Positions 1 to 14,400 are shown, counted from the stretch's first letter. The stretch is 64,000 nucleotides of DNA from Cycas panzhihuaensis (GCA_023213395.1 CM041465.1:195555741-195619740); one strand, 5' to 3'. Numbers and translations: made by a program. Notes: generated by a model not told the origin, from the letters alone.

Positions 1-3000
1 GCAACAAAGGACAATTTGTAATTCTATGGCCACACGATTGGCAATTGAAACAAGTGTTTGGAACATTCAAATATACACTCTCTGCTTCAGAGCTTTAGAA
101 CCACACTACATCAGTATGAGTTTTGAAAGATCCCTAAATAGTTCCACTGCAACACAAAACCCGATATTGGACTTCAGATAGAATTTATGATGAGATTACA
201 GAGAAATAAAATGGCCTACATGTTTCACAAAATCCTTGGCAAAGTTCAATAAATATCCGCCCGAGGGGGGCGGACAGGCATATAATTCTATCTAGATAGG
301 GCATTTGAAATATGGACATGGAGGTTGCAGGATAAGAAGAGTTAGAAACAAGATCGATTTTGTGGATTTTTGCTCTAGGCCATCCACATCATTGTGGGAT
401 AAAGGGCATATGGGCTAGTTGTACATGGGCTTGATCTTTCAATGTCAATCTATGAGTTGTGTGCTCCTCTTATGGAATATTGAAGTTGTTTTATTGTTGT
501 TTTCCACATGCACTCTAGTGGAAGTGAATTCTAAGGGAAGTTGATCTTGAATAGCTTCAAGGCATTGTCCATTATCATCAAACCAAAGCTTGACTAGAGA
601 AGTTTTCCATCCAATTGTTTTGAGGATCCTCTACCATTAGTCTCATGCACGTTGCATGATTGCATGTGATGATGCACTCAACATGCTAATTGCCAAAGCT
701 AAAAGATTTTTGTGAGTGGCCTTGCTTCTTTAGTTATGTAGAGGAAGCATTAAAGTCGAGTGATGGGAACATCTTTAAAGTATTGTCAGTGCATCGCGAT
801 GTAGGGGTCCTTATAAATGTAGGGCTTGATAGATTGGTGTTTGCACAAATAGTTTGCAATGAAGTTTCATTGCTTGTAGAGCCAAAATGTGATATCTCAG
901 AAAATTCCAATGTTTGTAGTAGTAGATTATAGTGTGATCCTCTTATGAATCATAAAGGATAAGGTTTAAAAACATTGACATCCCCAACACGATGATGATG
1001 CTCTATAATTGTTTCATATAATGCAAAATGGTATGCATTTGGTAAAATGTACCAATATGCTTATTGTCTTTATTACTTTAACATAACGCAACCAAAACTT
1101 CTTACTTGTAATAAGACAATAATTGATTCACTCAGACATCATGTAGAAACTAATAGCATGCATAAACTTAAATATTAAATATCAATTGTCTATGCATAGA
1201 GAAGATAGAAGGCCTGTGAAAAGAATGCTCAAGGGCTTCATTCTCTTAGTCTTTTGTCTTTTAACATCAGTTCATCCATATGGAAATTAGGGACAAAGCC
1301 TTCACTACAATGCACAATCCTAGCTAATTAAATTGTCTAAAGATATATGGAGCATTGCCTCAGTACTGAAGTGTTATAAAGCTACTCAAAAAATTGACTT
1401 CACAAAATGGATTTCTTCAAGTGCAATCCTTTTTGGTTGTTTCAAAATGTTGGTTAAGAACTCTCAAGTTCATCTTGGACAAGTTCACTATATATCACAT
1501 TAAGGCATTGCCAACTTGGCATTGAATTCCATACTATTACATAACTGTTTTAGCTCCTAATGGACATTTACCAAAATCATAAAAATAAATTATTAGAGAT
1601 ACAAGGTAATGAGAGATAAGGACAACACAATACTAGGCCAATCATCTTTGCCCAACTACCAAGGGGAGGCAAACTACTATCCTATCTGTGCTCCATTGTA
1701 GACTATGATACAATGGTAGGATATGAGTGCATAAGGAATTTTTGAGTGTGTTGTGTATGTTATATGACTTGTATTCAAGGGTTGGTTTATGCTAGGAAGT
1801 TATAATGTCTTCTACCTTACTTTTGTGTGGAACAGAACAATAAAATTTTGATGATGCTTTATGTGTGTGTAAGAATAAGTTAGAGTGCCCTCACAAGTTA
1901 CATAGACTAAGTTAACCTTCAAGCATTTTACGATGCACTCTTTTTTGTTTGATAAGTTTCCAAATGAAAAAAAAAAAAAGTAGCATCTATGTTGTTTTCC
2001 TCTAAATCACTTTTCCTATGCTTTTACTAATTTCAGTGAAAAAGAAATCATATCCAAAAATTCTATCTACATCTAAAACATGGAAAGTAGTTTTGCCTTT
2101 ATGTTGCAAAGCACTCAAAATAAATGTCTAATATGTAATTAAAGCTTGAAATTTGACATCCAAAATGCTTATTAAGGGGTGTTTAACACACCAAATATCA
2201 TCAAAAGAAATAAATTGCATATCAACCATGAATACCCACCATCTTAATATCCTCATATGCAATTTAGCAATTACCATTCCTAGAATTCCATAATTGCCTT
2301 ATCCTCCACATATCTCCTTGTTGAAGATTGTTCTCCCACCGAAAGAATGAATCAAATTACACATTTTTAAAAAGGGACAAAACTTGGAAAGATTGCTCAT
2401 AAACATTTTTGCAAAGGGAGAAAACTTAGAAAAATTGCTCATAATCCAACAAAAACATTCAACCCACATGCCACTAGAAACATTTTTTTTGCTTTCTTCA
2501 TCTTCTTCTACCCCCTCACCCATAAAACACCACAAAGCACACAATGTTTTCTACCAAACGTCTCCCAAACAATGGAACCCCCTTTCAAATGGTAGCTTTT
2601 TTTGTTTAATTTAATTATTATTAAATAACTACCCACATAACATTCTTATTTTGCAAAATAAGAATCTTTCGGACTCCTAACAAAGATTGAAATTTTAATT
2701 TTAAAATAGAGAAAAAAGAAATAAGGAAAGGGAAGAGGAAGGAGGGAAGAAGAGGAAGAAAAACCTACTGTGACCGTTTCCCGTCTATCATTTTCTCCCT
2801 TTTTTTTTTTTTTTTTTCCAATAAAGTGGCCCTAATTGGGCCTTTGAAAAAGAAAAAAAAACACAGAAGAAAAACGTGATCTGAAATCGGAATGCATACT
2901 GAGAACAGGGAACCAAGGGTGAGATCGATAACAAACCTCTGAGAAGTAAATTATTAAAGATGGAGAAGTGCATACAGAGGAACAGAGTAGAGCCTTACTG

Positions 3001-3069
3001 TTTTCTATATAATATTTCATATCTAATGCGCAGAGTCTGTACAGGTCCAGCTGATAAAAGCGGGGCATT

Positions 3070-3546
3070 CTACGATTGAGCAACAAGCTGATATCCACAG
3101 TTGAGCCCACACCCACACTGCGCGATCACGTAGAAATTAGATACAGGAAAATTAGCAGAGAGTGGCCCTACATAAAACTCCAAATCGTCGCCGTCGGCAA
3201 CGACCTGATCGATACTTAACCAGAAGAACAGCACCTTAACGCTAATTCCGTTCAATTTACTGACAGAACCCTTACTGATCCGCCCTGAAATCTCACTTCT
3301 GTACTTGAGCCGGTAGCCGGACTCGACCTCAAAACTGCAAGCCCCGTCCAAATAAACGACAAAGCTCCCATCGGAATTATCCAGAGTGTATCTCTGGACA
3401 TTGCTGGGCAGAAGTCCTCTGGGAAAACCAAATTCCTCCAACATATCGTATGCCGAGAGCTGTTCCGAGGATTGTGAAGGAGAAATCGACAAGAATATAG
3501 CAACAACAAAGAGGCACACTATCATAGAACCCCAATTACCTGCCAT
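3070..3546 (-). CDS. DUF538-domain protein with N-terminal signal peptide (plant-specific, intronless, 158 aa)
   Basis: Intact ORF with a hydrophobic leader (MIVCLFVVAIFLSISPSQS). It has the DUF538 motifs SAYDMLEEFGFPRGLLP, YTLD..DGSFVVYL, I.G.I..G.V..L.GISVKVLFFWLSI, LEFYVGPLSANFP..NF and a C-terminal CGCG..C. CpG is retained here, unlike the flanks. Confidence 0.93.
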   Translation of the reverse strand: MAGNWGSMIVCLFVVAIFLSISPSQSSEQLSAYDMLEEFGFPRGLLPSNVQRYTLDNSDGSFVVYLDGACSFEVESGYRLKYRSEISGRISKGSVSKLNGISVKVLFFWLSIDQVVADGDDLEFYVGPLSANFPVSNFYVIAQCGCGLNCGYQLVAQS

Positions 3547-3702
3547 GTTTGGTTTTCCCTAATTTTGGCTGGGGATTCTACCAACCATCGACCTGTTGTT
3601 CTCCGACAGAATTCGTAGAGCCGTCGTCTGCCTACTGTGGAAAGCCGCCTTGAATCCGGCAAAATCTAACAAACAGCTACCGTGCTCTCTGAGAATTCCA
3701 TC

Positions 3703-3764
3703 CGATCTAACGGCTGCTATGCGATGCTCCTAAGACTCCAGGGAGCACTGCAGCCGTCAGATCG
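3703..3764. promoter_or_regulatory. Inverted pair of MSA-like motifs upstream of the DUF538 gene
   Basis: TCTAACGGCT at 3706-3715 fits the YCYAACGGYY MSA core. An inverted variant lies within GCAGCCGTCAGATCG at 3750-3764. The pair is 157-218 bp upstream of the ATG. Confidence 0.45.
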
Positions 3765-3879
3765 AACCCACAAAAGCCAGTTTTCAGAATGGTTAAGTCC
3801 ATGGTCTATTCTAAAACTATGTTAAAGTCTACAGCCTACCGAATGGAGACCACAAATTGATCACCGTTTATTTGTGCAT

Positions 3880-4270
3880 TAAATCCTTGTTGAGATCCCT
3901 ATTGCAATTACTTAAATGATAGTTTGAAATAAGGATGAGGGCAAGTTGGCCTATGATTTGAGAAGAACTAGGTGCCTTAATACCATTTGATATGAAGCTT
4001 GTAAGGAAGTGCCAAATTGTCTAGATGCTTTTTAACGTGGAGTTAGTAAGAAGTTGAGTGGGTGTAATACTTGCTTGCAGTGGAAGTAAGCGTGAAATGA
4101 TGGTCGTGAAGTAAGTGTGAAATGATGGTCATTCAAGTACCAACCAATACATAGTAGGATAAAGGGATAATGGTTTTGAAAAAACTTGATGTGATCCCTA
4201 AGAAGGTAATGAAGCTCAATAATCAATTGATGTGACCTTGAGGGAGGTTAAGGAATGCCTTGTAAAATTT
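3880..4270 (-). pseudogene. Highly degenerate Ty3/gypsy RT-thumb/RNase H remnant
   Basis: Minus-strand translation gives ..SFITFLGITSSFFK (cf. RSFLGL.GYYRRF) and, across frameshifts, S.NGI.A...Q..GQ.A (cf. DAS..GIGAVL.Q). Confidence 0.3.
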
Positions 4271-6364
4271 GGTAGAGCTCTATGGATGGGGATGGGGCAC
4301 TAATATCAATGGAGATGATACTAGGAACGTGGAACAAGAGGCTAAGGAAAGGTAGAGGAAATAAAAAGAAAACTATAATTACTAGAAGCATAATAGAAGG
4401 ATAAGATGATATGGCAATAAATGGCTAAGGAAACAATATTGCAACAAACCATGGTATACTTTGTATATTTTCTTATAAATTCCATTGTGTATTTCATTGC
4501 CTTGTGTTTCATGTTGAGATGAGATGAAATCATTGGGATGAGATGAAATCATCCATTTTATTGTAAAAGCAGAACCTAGTGAAACTACTCATTGGATGTG
4601 AGGAGATACACCATGTTACATTATAAATCTTGTGTGATATTCGCCATGAGACCGATGCATATATGTGTATTAGTATTATAGGGTATGGTGTTGAAATGCA
4701 TGCACATGGTGTAAAAACAAGCTTACTACTAATAAAATTTATGCCCAAATTGCTAAAAGAGAAATTAAAGGAGGGCATATGACAAAAGTTAAGAAGGAAT
4801 TTCCTAGGAGGGAGGTTATAAGTCTTCACCCTTTTATGTCTTTAAACCCCTTCTTATGTAAGCTCATTTGACAATAAATGTAAGTGGCAAATTTTGAATA
4901 ACACCTCTACCTGCATATGTGTTTAATTTTTTTAAATTGTAATCAAAAGAGAGATTACATTCTAATCACTCTCTATTTACCATAATCTAAGATGGCTAAT
5001 TTTTGAGGTAGTTGACTTGTGCTATAAAATAGAGGGATAGCACTTCATTCCAAAATTTTTGTTACATTTTAGTTTTGAGATTTTTAAATTTTAACATTTA
5101 AATTCAACTTGTTAAACTTAGGCATTTGTATCTACATATGAAAACTCTTCCAACAAATAAATCATAGTCTAGTTCTCTTGATTTCTTGTTAGGAATTCAA
5201 ATCTATGGTTCTTATACATTTTTGTATGGGCTTGGCTCTTTGATTTTGCATGCTTGTGATTGAATTTTTAATGGGTCTTGTTATTGATAACATGTGAGGT
5301 TGAATACTTAGTAATAGTGAAGGGCATTCGTGAGATGCTAAAGGAGTCACAAGGCTCATATATGAACATAATCTTGACATTGTGGGATACCATGCATAGT
5401 ATGATGCTATAATTTGAAGCTTGATGTGTTTTCCCTAATGGGATGCCTAAAATAATATGTTAAGCCTTAATGTTACTAAAACTGAGCCATAGAATCATTA
5501 CTATTATTTGTATGCAGTATATAGTTGCATAAGGGGTTTTTGACCTCTTGTGAAATTGTCATGATGACTATTGGGATTGTGTACATCAAAATTATTATGT
5601 TATCTTAGGGATGAGATGAGTACTTAGAGTCATTTGCTAATGCTTCTTCATTTATTTCATGTGTCTCAGCATAGTGCCAATTTTTCAAGAGGAGTTTTTG
5701 GTTGGGTATTGGCAAATCCCCCTATTTTTCCTCTCAAAAGATAGGTTATATCTTCTACTTTATATTGATTCTCTCATGATGAAATGTGATGTTTATTTAA
5801 GATGCAAATAAATATTTATTTATGTACCAGTGTATGCTAGAGAGACAATGCTAGATTGTGCATATGAACTTGCATTGTAAATAGGATTTGCTAGAATGTG
5901 TTGTAGTATAATGTTGTGTAGTGGTCACATTTGTCATAATGAGGCATTATTAGACTTGTCAGGAGATATCTTCTCTCTCCATAGTTGAGCACTATTAAGT
6001 TGTATACATAGAGGTGCTCTTCCTTCTTAATGGTTCTCATAGGATTCTTTATATGTGAGTGTCATTAATATATACATTAAAGCTCACTTCTTCATGAATT
6101 CTCATATGATATCTTTGAAATTTCTTAATCTCATTAGACCTTTATGAGGTGACATGTTCTATAAATAAATATTTTTCTTTAATGAAATAAGATAAAAATT
6201 GATCATTCTTTCTATTTTGTTGTATTTTATTTTGGTATATATTTCATCTTGTATTTGTAACATCGGTATAGATTTCCTTTTGTAACCTATTTCAACATGT
6301 ACTTTCAATACTTCTATGATCACTATATTTCAATACGATATTAAATCATCGTCATTTTCTAATA

Positions 6365-6935
6365 TGGTATCAAAACTTTCTTTGTTTATTTTCCAACATG
6401 GTATTAGAGTTTCTTCTAGTATACCATGGTGAGAAATGACCATAATTAAATATGCAACTATCTTCCAATGTACAATCACTAAAAGTAGAAAGAAAATAGT
6501 AAGAGTGAATATGATTCAAAAGTGATAAAGCAAGAGTGCAATATGCTTGGAAATCACCTACAAATAGTAAGAGTGTAGTTGAAATCCAATAAAATATCGT
6601 ATAGAGCATTACACATTACATGCTTCTATGATAATTTTACATAAGCATAGTCTTAACTCCATCTTCTCCCCTGTTTTTTTCCATAATGGGTTTTCTACGT
6701 ATACGTCTCAGTGTTTATCTTATAGTGATGCTTATGCTTAGTGATGCATGTTTTATATGTTTGATATTTGGTATTTATGTTGATTAATTTATTATGTATG
6801 TATACTCATGAGTTCATATTTCTATATTATTATTGCATCATTTATCTTATGGTATTAGAGCAACAATAATCTTATTTTAACATGGAATCACAACTAATCT
6901 CAATATTCCCATATTTTTATCATGGTATCAAAGCC
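6365..6935 (+). repeat. Cluster of tRNA-iMet PBS-like motifs followed by a possible degenerate copia gag start
   Basis: TGGTATCAGAGC variants at 6365, 6399, 6850, 6883 and 6923. Downstream IEPMTGARYEVYLLSQK (about 6972) resembles a copia Gag N-terminus. Confidence 0.45.
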
Positions 6936-9900
6936 TATGGTTTTAAGATCTTGTGTAGAAACAGCTAGTCTATCGAACCTATGACAGGAGCTAGATATGA
7001 GGTATATTTGTTAAGCCAAAAGTATGCATATGGCAATGATATATATATGATAGATTACAAGGCAGATGGAGCTAGTCAAAGCCATACATAGGAGATACAA
7101 CAGATGTTGATAGTATGTTGATATGTTAGAGTTTATCATGGATATTCATTTATATATGTTGGTGCCTATATTCTCTAGAGCATGCAAGTACTTAAAGTAG
7201 TTCATCAAAATGAAACAGTTAACCCATTAGTGGATTGACAGAAAGTAGGCCTGTACAATAACATGTTGATAGGTATTTTTTGATAGTATTATAAAGGTAT
7301 GTGATAGATTTTGTTATAGCATGATATACTTAAGAGACATAAGCATGATTATATTTGAGGTTGGTAGCATGAAATGCTTATGCTAATAAAATTACATATG
7401 CATGAAATGAATTTTGATGTATATGGTGGCATGAAAAGAAATTCTTATATGGGGTGAAACATATGTGATTATTATTTGGTGGTTATAACAAAATAAGGGC
7501 ATGATTGTCACAAATTAATGAATATGAAAATTTTATGAAGGCATTGACATTTGAATGAGTTTTGATAACGACATCATTATTTTATAAACAATTACATATA
7601 CATGAAAGAAATTTTCTTTGTATATGATACATGAAAGGAATTTTAGGGTGGCTTGTGATGATCATTATATAAAAGCATGATAATATTATTAGGGGCATGA
7701 TAAACCATGGCGTATATGTACATGAGGCTTTGATACTATTTTATAAAACAAGGGTTTATGATAATTGCTACTACGCAGTCATTCACTATGGATAGATGAA
7801 AATCATGGTGATATAGTATTATAATGATATGTTGAAATATTAAGGGCATATTGTGAATCAATTTGTGGCATGAATATTGAGGGCACCTTATGCATATGAT
7901 GTATGATGTATAGCTAAAATATTTTATGGATTTTATTCAAACCCTAAGTCAAGTTTGCTAAGGATGAGGGATGATCATGCTCGACACCCATAGTTTGATT
8001 AATGGCTACCTAGTATATGAGCTCTCATCTTCACAACCAGGCATTAAGTTCTTTTGACTAATTAATTAGAGAAAGGATCTGCTTCCTTTCTCTATGCTTG
8101 ATTTACCATCGTTCAAATACACCAGCGATGATGCCCATATGCACCACTCGCCATTACACCTAGATGCATGCCCATTGCTATTGAGGATGGTATATTGATT
8201 TGTACTTACATATCACGCCATTGCCATAATCGTAGTCACATGCCCTAACAAGCCTTGAAGAATTGCCACCCAGATTGATGAGTAGATCGCTTGAAACCCT
8301 CTGTAATACCTCTTGTAGTGTCTTCTATCCCTTACTCTCTTTGTTGTTGATCATGAATACATCTAGCTAAGAATTACCATAATCATCGAAGATTGACCGA
8401 ATGCCTCATACCTACATCTATTAAGACAAGAGAAACCCTCACAGCCATTCTACTCACAATTACCCATAAACAAGATGGTGCATAGTCATTGCCTATTGCC
8501 ATTTAATATAAAGCTGGGCCACCAAACTACCATGCTAGAAATACCCTATAGGTTGCTCACCCAGCTAGATCCAGATGAATAGAGATAGATTGATTCACCA
8601 TGCATAGGGTTAAACATGTTGAATGAGATCAATCCTTATAGCCATAGCTAGAGAAATGGCCATATAGAGACAAATCAATTAGAAGGCAGAGTCGTCTAAG
8701 CCACACAAAGAAGATTGTATCAATCGAACACATCTAATATTTGTAGGAACCAGCTTACGTTTCATAGTCCATGATATTTCACCCGGATGTACTACCTACC
8801 ATGGAGATATGATCGATTGAACTCGTAAATAGATTCATATACATTATTACAAATAAATTTGATTTATTCAAAAATAAATTTCTAAGCCCTAAAAAAAATT
8901 GCATTTGGTTTGTTTAATTTAATCAAATTAGATGTTTTTCTCAATTCTGCAGAGTTGCCTAACAGATCATTAAGTGGTTACATAGTGAGTCCATATGACT
9001 AGGGGCTTAGCCACAAAGAGGGAAGACCGTTAAAATGATTTGGAACTTTTTTGTTTTATTAAAAATATTATTTGATATTTGATAATATTTTAATTTTGCC
9101 TTCATTTTTTTAGGATCACACATTTTTTTATAGGTCACTAGTACATTTTATTATATACCTTCTCATTCATGTATCTGAATTAGATTATGTTAGTTGCATT
9201 GGAAAGCAAACTTCAAGACAATTAAAATGAGTGATTACATGATATACTTAAAATAGTAAAAGACGTAGAAAATGAAGGGTAAAGTTGATGTGAAAGCTTT
9301 AAACCTTATATATGATGAATTCCATATCTATTTTTACAAAAATTTTAGCCAATTCTAATGTTTTTTGTAGCTTTAAACATGATGGTTAAGTTATTTTTGA
9401 GTAATGGTGGATGAAAAATAAAGCTTAATTTAAAATCAAATATTTTAAGGCCTATTTATAATATTTCTAGGCCCATTTTAGTTGAAAATTTTTATTAAGT
9501 GAGAAACATTTAATAAATTTATGACATAAGATATCCTTGATATATTGGTTATTCATTTCCTCCTTAACAACATCACATTTGGTTTAACGGATAGCAATGA
9601 AAGAGGTTAATGTATTAAGATCATTTGTGTAGATTAATTAAATGACCTTAGGGTATATAGTTAGCATTAGTTTCTTAGTGAAATACGCTTTATGTGTATT
9701 TAGATGTAATTTCGACTTTATGTCATTAGGCAGGAAAATCTTAACCCTAATGCTTACTCTCAATAATAAAAGGCGAAATCTCAATGAGGGAGTCATTATT
9801 CATTCTCACCTCTAAGCTTTCCTCTCATATCTTATTTCATCTCTTTTTCATTCTCTATTGCCATTGTATGCATGTAAGTGATTTATTCCCTAGATCCATC

Positions 9901-11465
9901 CTTCCTTCATATGGTATCAGAGCTAGAAAAAGATCTATTTGCTCAATTCCACTTGCATAGAGTCATTTTAGCTCTCCTTCACCTTCAATGTAAAGTATTG
10001 AGAGTGTACTTATCATTTTTTAAATTTTAAAAGCTTAAAATTATATTATTTTATATGTTAATACTTTTTCTATGTGTGCAGAATTTTAGAGATGAAAAAG
10101 ATAGTCTTTTAAAGCAGTTTAGTTGCCAGAATAGTCATAGAAGTATTAAAGGCCTAAAATTTTATGAAAATTTTGACCATCTCAGATTTTAATGAAATTT
10201 AATGTGTAAGGTCACCTTGTCAAGAGGATCATTTTTGTCTTCTAAAGTAGCTTTAGATTCAACCTGCAATAACACGTTTTGGCTAAAATAGAAGGTCAAA
10301 ATTTGTGAATAAATGACTTAAGACATTTTTCTCAATAAAATCCTTTAAACATGAGTTAAAAATCTGAAAGGATTTTTTAGGGATCTAGTAGATTTATGTA
10401 TCTAGAGTATTTTGATATAAATTTCATTAAATTCCATCCACTAGTTCATGAAATCTTTGTAGTTTTCTCATGGATGCTAAATTTACCTACTCAACCCCAT
10501 AAAAGATGTTGCGAGGGTATTTCAGGTAGTGTTTTTACTAATTTTAGAAATGGTGCAGAAGAAAAATTGATGTATGTGTCAATATGAAGCTTTTACTATA
10601 TTGAAATTTAGATTTTGAGACAGTGGATCTGGTAAGATTCTACGTTTGTGCTTTTTTCAGGCAAAGATCTTTTTATGCCTTTTTAGAAATCTAACTTCAC
10701 TATCCTATCAGAAATAACATTTTGAATACTTTTTCTTCCGTCATAAATTTAAATTCCACCATTTATGCACCTTCCGTAATATGACCTTGATCCAATGATA
10801 AAGGGGGCTTAACCCTTATTTCTCACCCCCCTTTATTTTACAAACAGGGTACCTATACAATTTTGACCCTAACTTTTTCATACATAGTTGAAATCTAATT
10901 CCAAAAGATGCATTGAATTCCTGATTCAAATGCCAATATTTTGACTAGTAATTCAAGCTATTTAGATGCCATTTTAATGTGCAAAACCTCACTTGAAGTC
11001 AAGCCTTTTATCACAACTAGGTAAGTTCAAGTACATGACTTCAACCTATAGTTTTCTCTACATTTTTTCAATAATATTACTTTAATCTAATGCACATTTA
11101 ATTATTTATCAAATTTACTAATTAATTGCATTATTTTCTTGCATATTTTTAAATAATTTTAAGTAGTTTACTAATTAAATAATCAAACTATTATTTTATT
11201 AGTTTTTGATGTAAATAATATTTAAAATATGTAAATGCTCATATATTTAATGTAATTTTTAAAATATATGTTTAAATTTACACTTCTTAACTATTTGCAA
11301 CCAATTTTTAATGTGTTAAAGGGTTAATTTTCTTATAAAATTTGATCCTACATCAAAGCAAATGTTGTGATAATTATTTATTGTGGCTTAATAATTCCTT
11401 CTTCATTTTTTTGTTTCTTTAAAATTTTTCATTAAAGAGGATCTCTTGTCAATCTCTTGTCCAAT

Positions 11466-14400
11466 ATGGCACTCATGCTTGGGACAATGTCCTATGCTTC
11501 AATTTTAGTTTTAACATACTTAATTTATTCCAACAAGAAAGTTTGCATATCCCATCATCTAAAGTAATAAAATATTTGATGATATATCACAAGAGAATTT
11601 GCAAAACTGATAGACACTTCATTAGAAGCCTATATGGTTTATCTGATGAATTGTGATGGAGCCCTAGGCACCATCATAATCTCTCTCTCACCAGATATAA
11701 GTCAACAGTTCTATGAAATAGATGATCTTTTCACTATTTAGAATACACTTAAAGAAAAATATGATAAGGTTGACACAAAAAAACTACCAGTGTGTGAACA
11801 ACAAATGTACGATTTAAATTATGATTTTTTTTTTTAAGTTGAATATTTCTTATCGAAACTTCAACTTATTAATATAGATTTAGGAAATTGTATAAAATCT
11901 ATAACAAAAGAAGGTAACAAAGTTATAACTACCATACATGTAAAAGATGATGATACAATCATCTGTCTTACGATTAATAAACTTCTTAAACACTTTAATC
12001 TTTTCAAAATTGCTAAGTAATAGGCATGACATCCTCCAATAACCTTCAATTAGTTAACAAATCAATTGATTGAATACTAAACAATGTTAATATAAACTAG
12101 AAAACTACAAGATCCTTCAAAGGCTCTTTTTTCTAAATCTAAGCCACCAAATAAATAAAAAAACTAAAATAATAATCAAAATAATCACAACAATCACCCT
12201 AAATCCTAGAAACCTCATAGAGGTTCTTTTTTAAATAACTTCAATTAAAATTCTAAGTATTTTAGACCACCAAAATATTAGAATACTTCTAAACAACTAT
12301 TTCAAAAATAGAATGCTACCAACTCTAATCCTAATTAGAACATTAGTTATGCCTACTGTCACAAAATATGGTACACAATTAACATCTATAGAAATATAAT
12401 TACTTCTAAAGCCTGGAAAACTTCTAAGAGGGTCCAATTAGGATCCCATAGTTCTAATAATTCTTTAACTACTATCACATTAGTACTTTTAGCACCTACA
12501 TCACAACCACTATTATAAATTTTAGATTTGGGTGTATCCCATTATATGATGGGTTACTAATAATATCTAACTTTCTATTAGTTTGATCTTAATTCCAAAG
12601 AGGAAATCTCATTTGGAAGTGGATCTCAATTGAAAGTCAAAGGTACAAGAGATATTACTTTAAAAGACAAATTAATTAAGGACATATTTTATGTTCCAAG
12701 ACTGTTACCTAATCTTTTATTAATCTATCAAATATACTAAAAAGACTTAGTTGTTGAATTCTAGAAAGATAAATTCATTATCATATAACCTCTTAATAAA
12801 TTCAAAACTATTACTTCAAGACTTACTGATCATAATAATGTTAAAGAGTATTTAAGCAATAAATATACTTCATATTGTAAAAAATATGGAATTAGATTTC
12901 AACATTTTATTGACTACGCTCCTCAATAGAATAATGTTGTATAATATAAGAATTGTACTCTTGTTAAAATGACCAGATATATGATACATACAAAAGGTCT
13001 TAATCTTAATTTATAGGTTAAAGTAATAGCCTGTTTCAACTATTTATTAAACCACTTACTAAGTAAATACTCACATAATATGACACCACAACAAAAATTA
13101 TCTTGTTAAAAACCATTTGTAAAATATCTTAAAGTCTTTGGAAGTATTGCTTGAGGACATATTCCCAAGAAAAAATGAAACTAACTTAATTCTAAAAGCA
13201 CTAAATTTATCTTTATTGGATATAATAAAGAAAGTAAAGCTTATAGATTATTATATCATATCACACATAAACTCTTAAAGTTATGTGATATTATTTTTGA
13301 TGAAGAAGTCTCTTCATCAAAAGTAAATCTTATAAAACTTCTATTTGAGAACTTATTAACTAATACTTATCTAAAAGATCCTTCAGATATACAAGTAGAC
13401 AGTGAAGCAATTGATAGCTTATCTTCATAAGTCCAAAATTGAATTTTAAGTAATTTAGTATGTCCAATCCATCTAATCAACCATCTACTTCTAATCAATC
13501 AAATTCTTCTAATCAACCTTGTACTTCTAATTCTTCAAGAAATAAACAGCTAGTTTGGGCTTAAAGAACCTTTTCGGTTGCTAGTGATCCATTGGATACT
13601 AGAAGAGCTATATCACAAAATCTACAAGTTAATTTTATATTAATAGATAAAATAATAGTTAGTAATGACCTTAAAACTTATAAAGAAGCGTATCATAATT
13701 CTATATGGCAACAAGCCATGTAAGTTGAATATGATGCTCTTCAGAAAAAATTAACTTGGAAATGAGTAACATTACCTCCCAGGAAGAATTTGGTAAACTA
13801 CAAATGGGTTTACTGAACAAAGTATAATTCAAAAGGAGTAATCGAGAAACATAAGACTTATTTGGTAGCTAAAGGTTTTTCTCAAGTTGATAGTATTGAT
13901 TACACTAAAACCTTTGCTCTTGTTGCTAAAATAAACACAATCAAAACTATCATTACTCTTGTAACCAAGTTTAGCTAGTAAATATATCAAATAGATCTAA
14001 AAAGTATATTTTTAAATGGTGATCTTAGAGAAGAAACATACATGTCTCAACCACCTAGTTTTATATATAATCCTAATCTCATTTGCAAACTTATAAAATT
14101 ATTATATGGTCTTAAACAAGCCCTTAGGGCTTGGTGTACTAAGATTGATAATTATCTTCTTCAAAATAGATACACTAAATGTATTAGTGATTATAACCTC
14201 TATTTCAAACAAGAAAATAATAATATTACCAATTTAATCCTTTATGTTGATGATATTATAATAACTAGATCGTTACTTTCTCACATTCATCACCTAAAAT
14301 CAATTTTGATAAGTATATTTGAAATGACAGACTTAGGACTTTTATATTATTTTTTAGACCTACAAATCTATTAATCAAAATAAAAAATAATTATTTCTCA

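Noticed and set aside
256-296. Helitron 3' end (TCCGCCC/GGGCGGA hairpin followed by CTAG)
   Set aside because: CTAG is about 17-21 bp from the hairpin and is followed by A rather than T; no other Helitron evidence.
3252-3509. Overlapping short ORFs around the DUF538 gene (also 2832-3116, 2788-2973)
   Set aside because: Alternative-frame or UTR ORFs with no motifs; explained by the real CDS.
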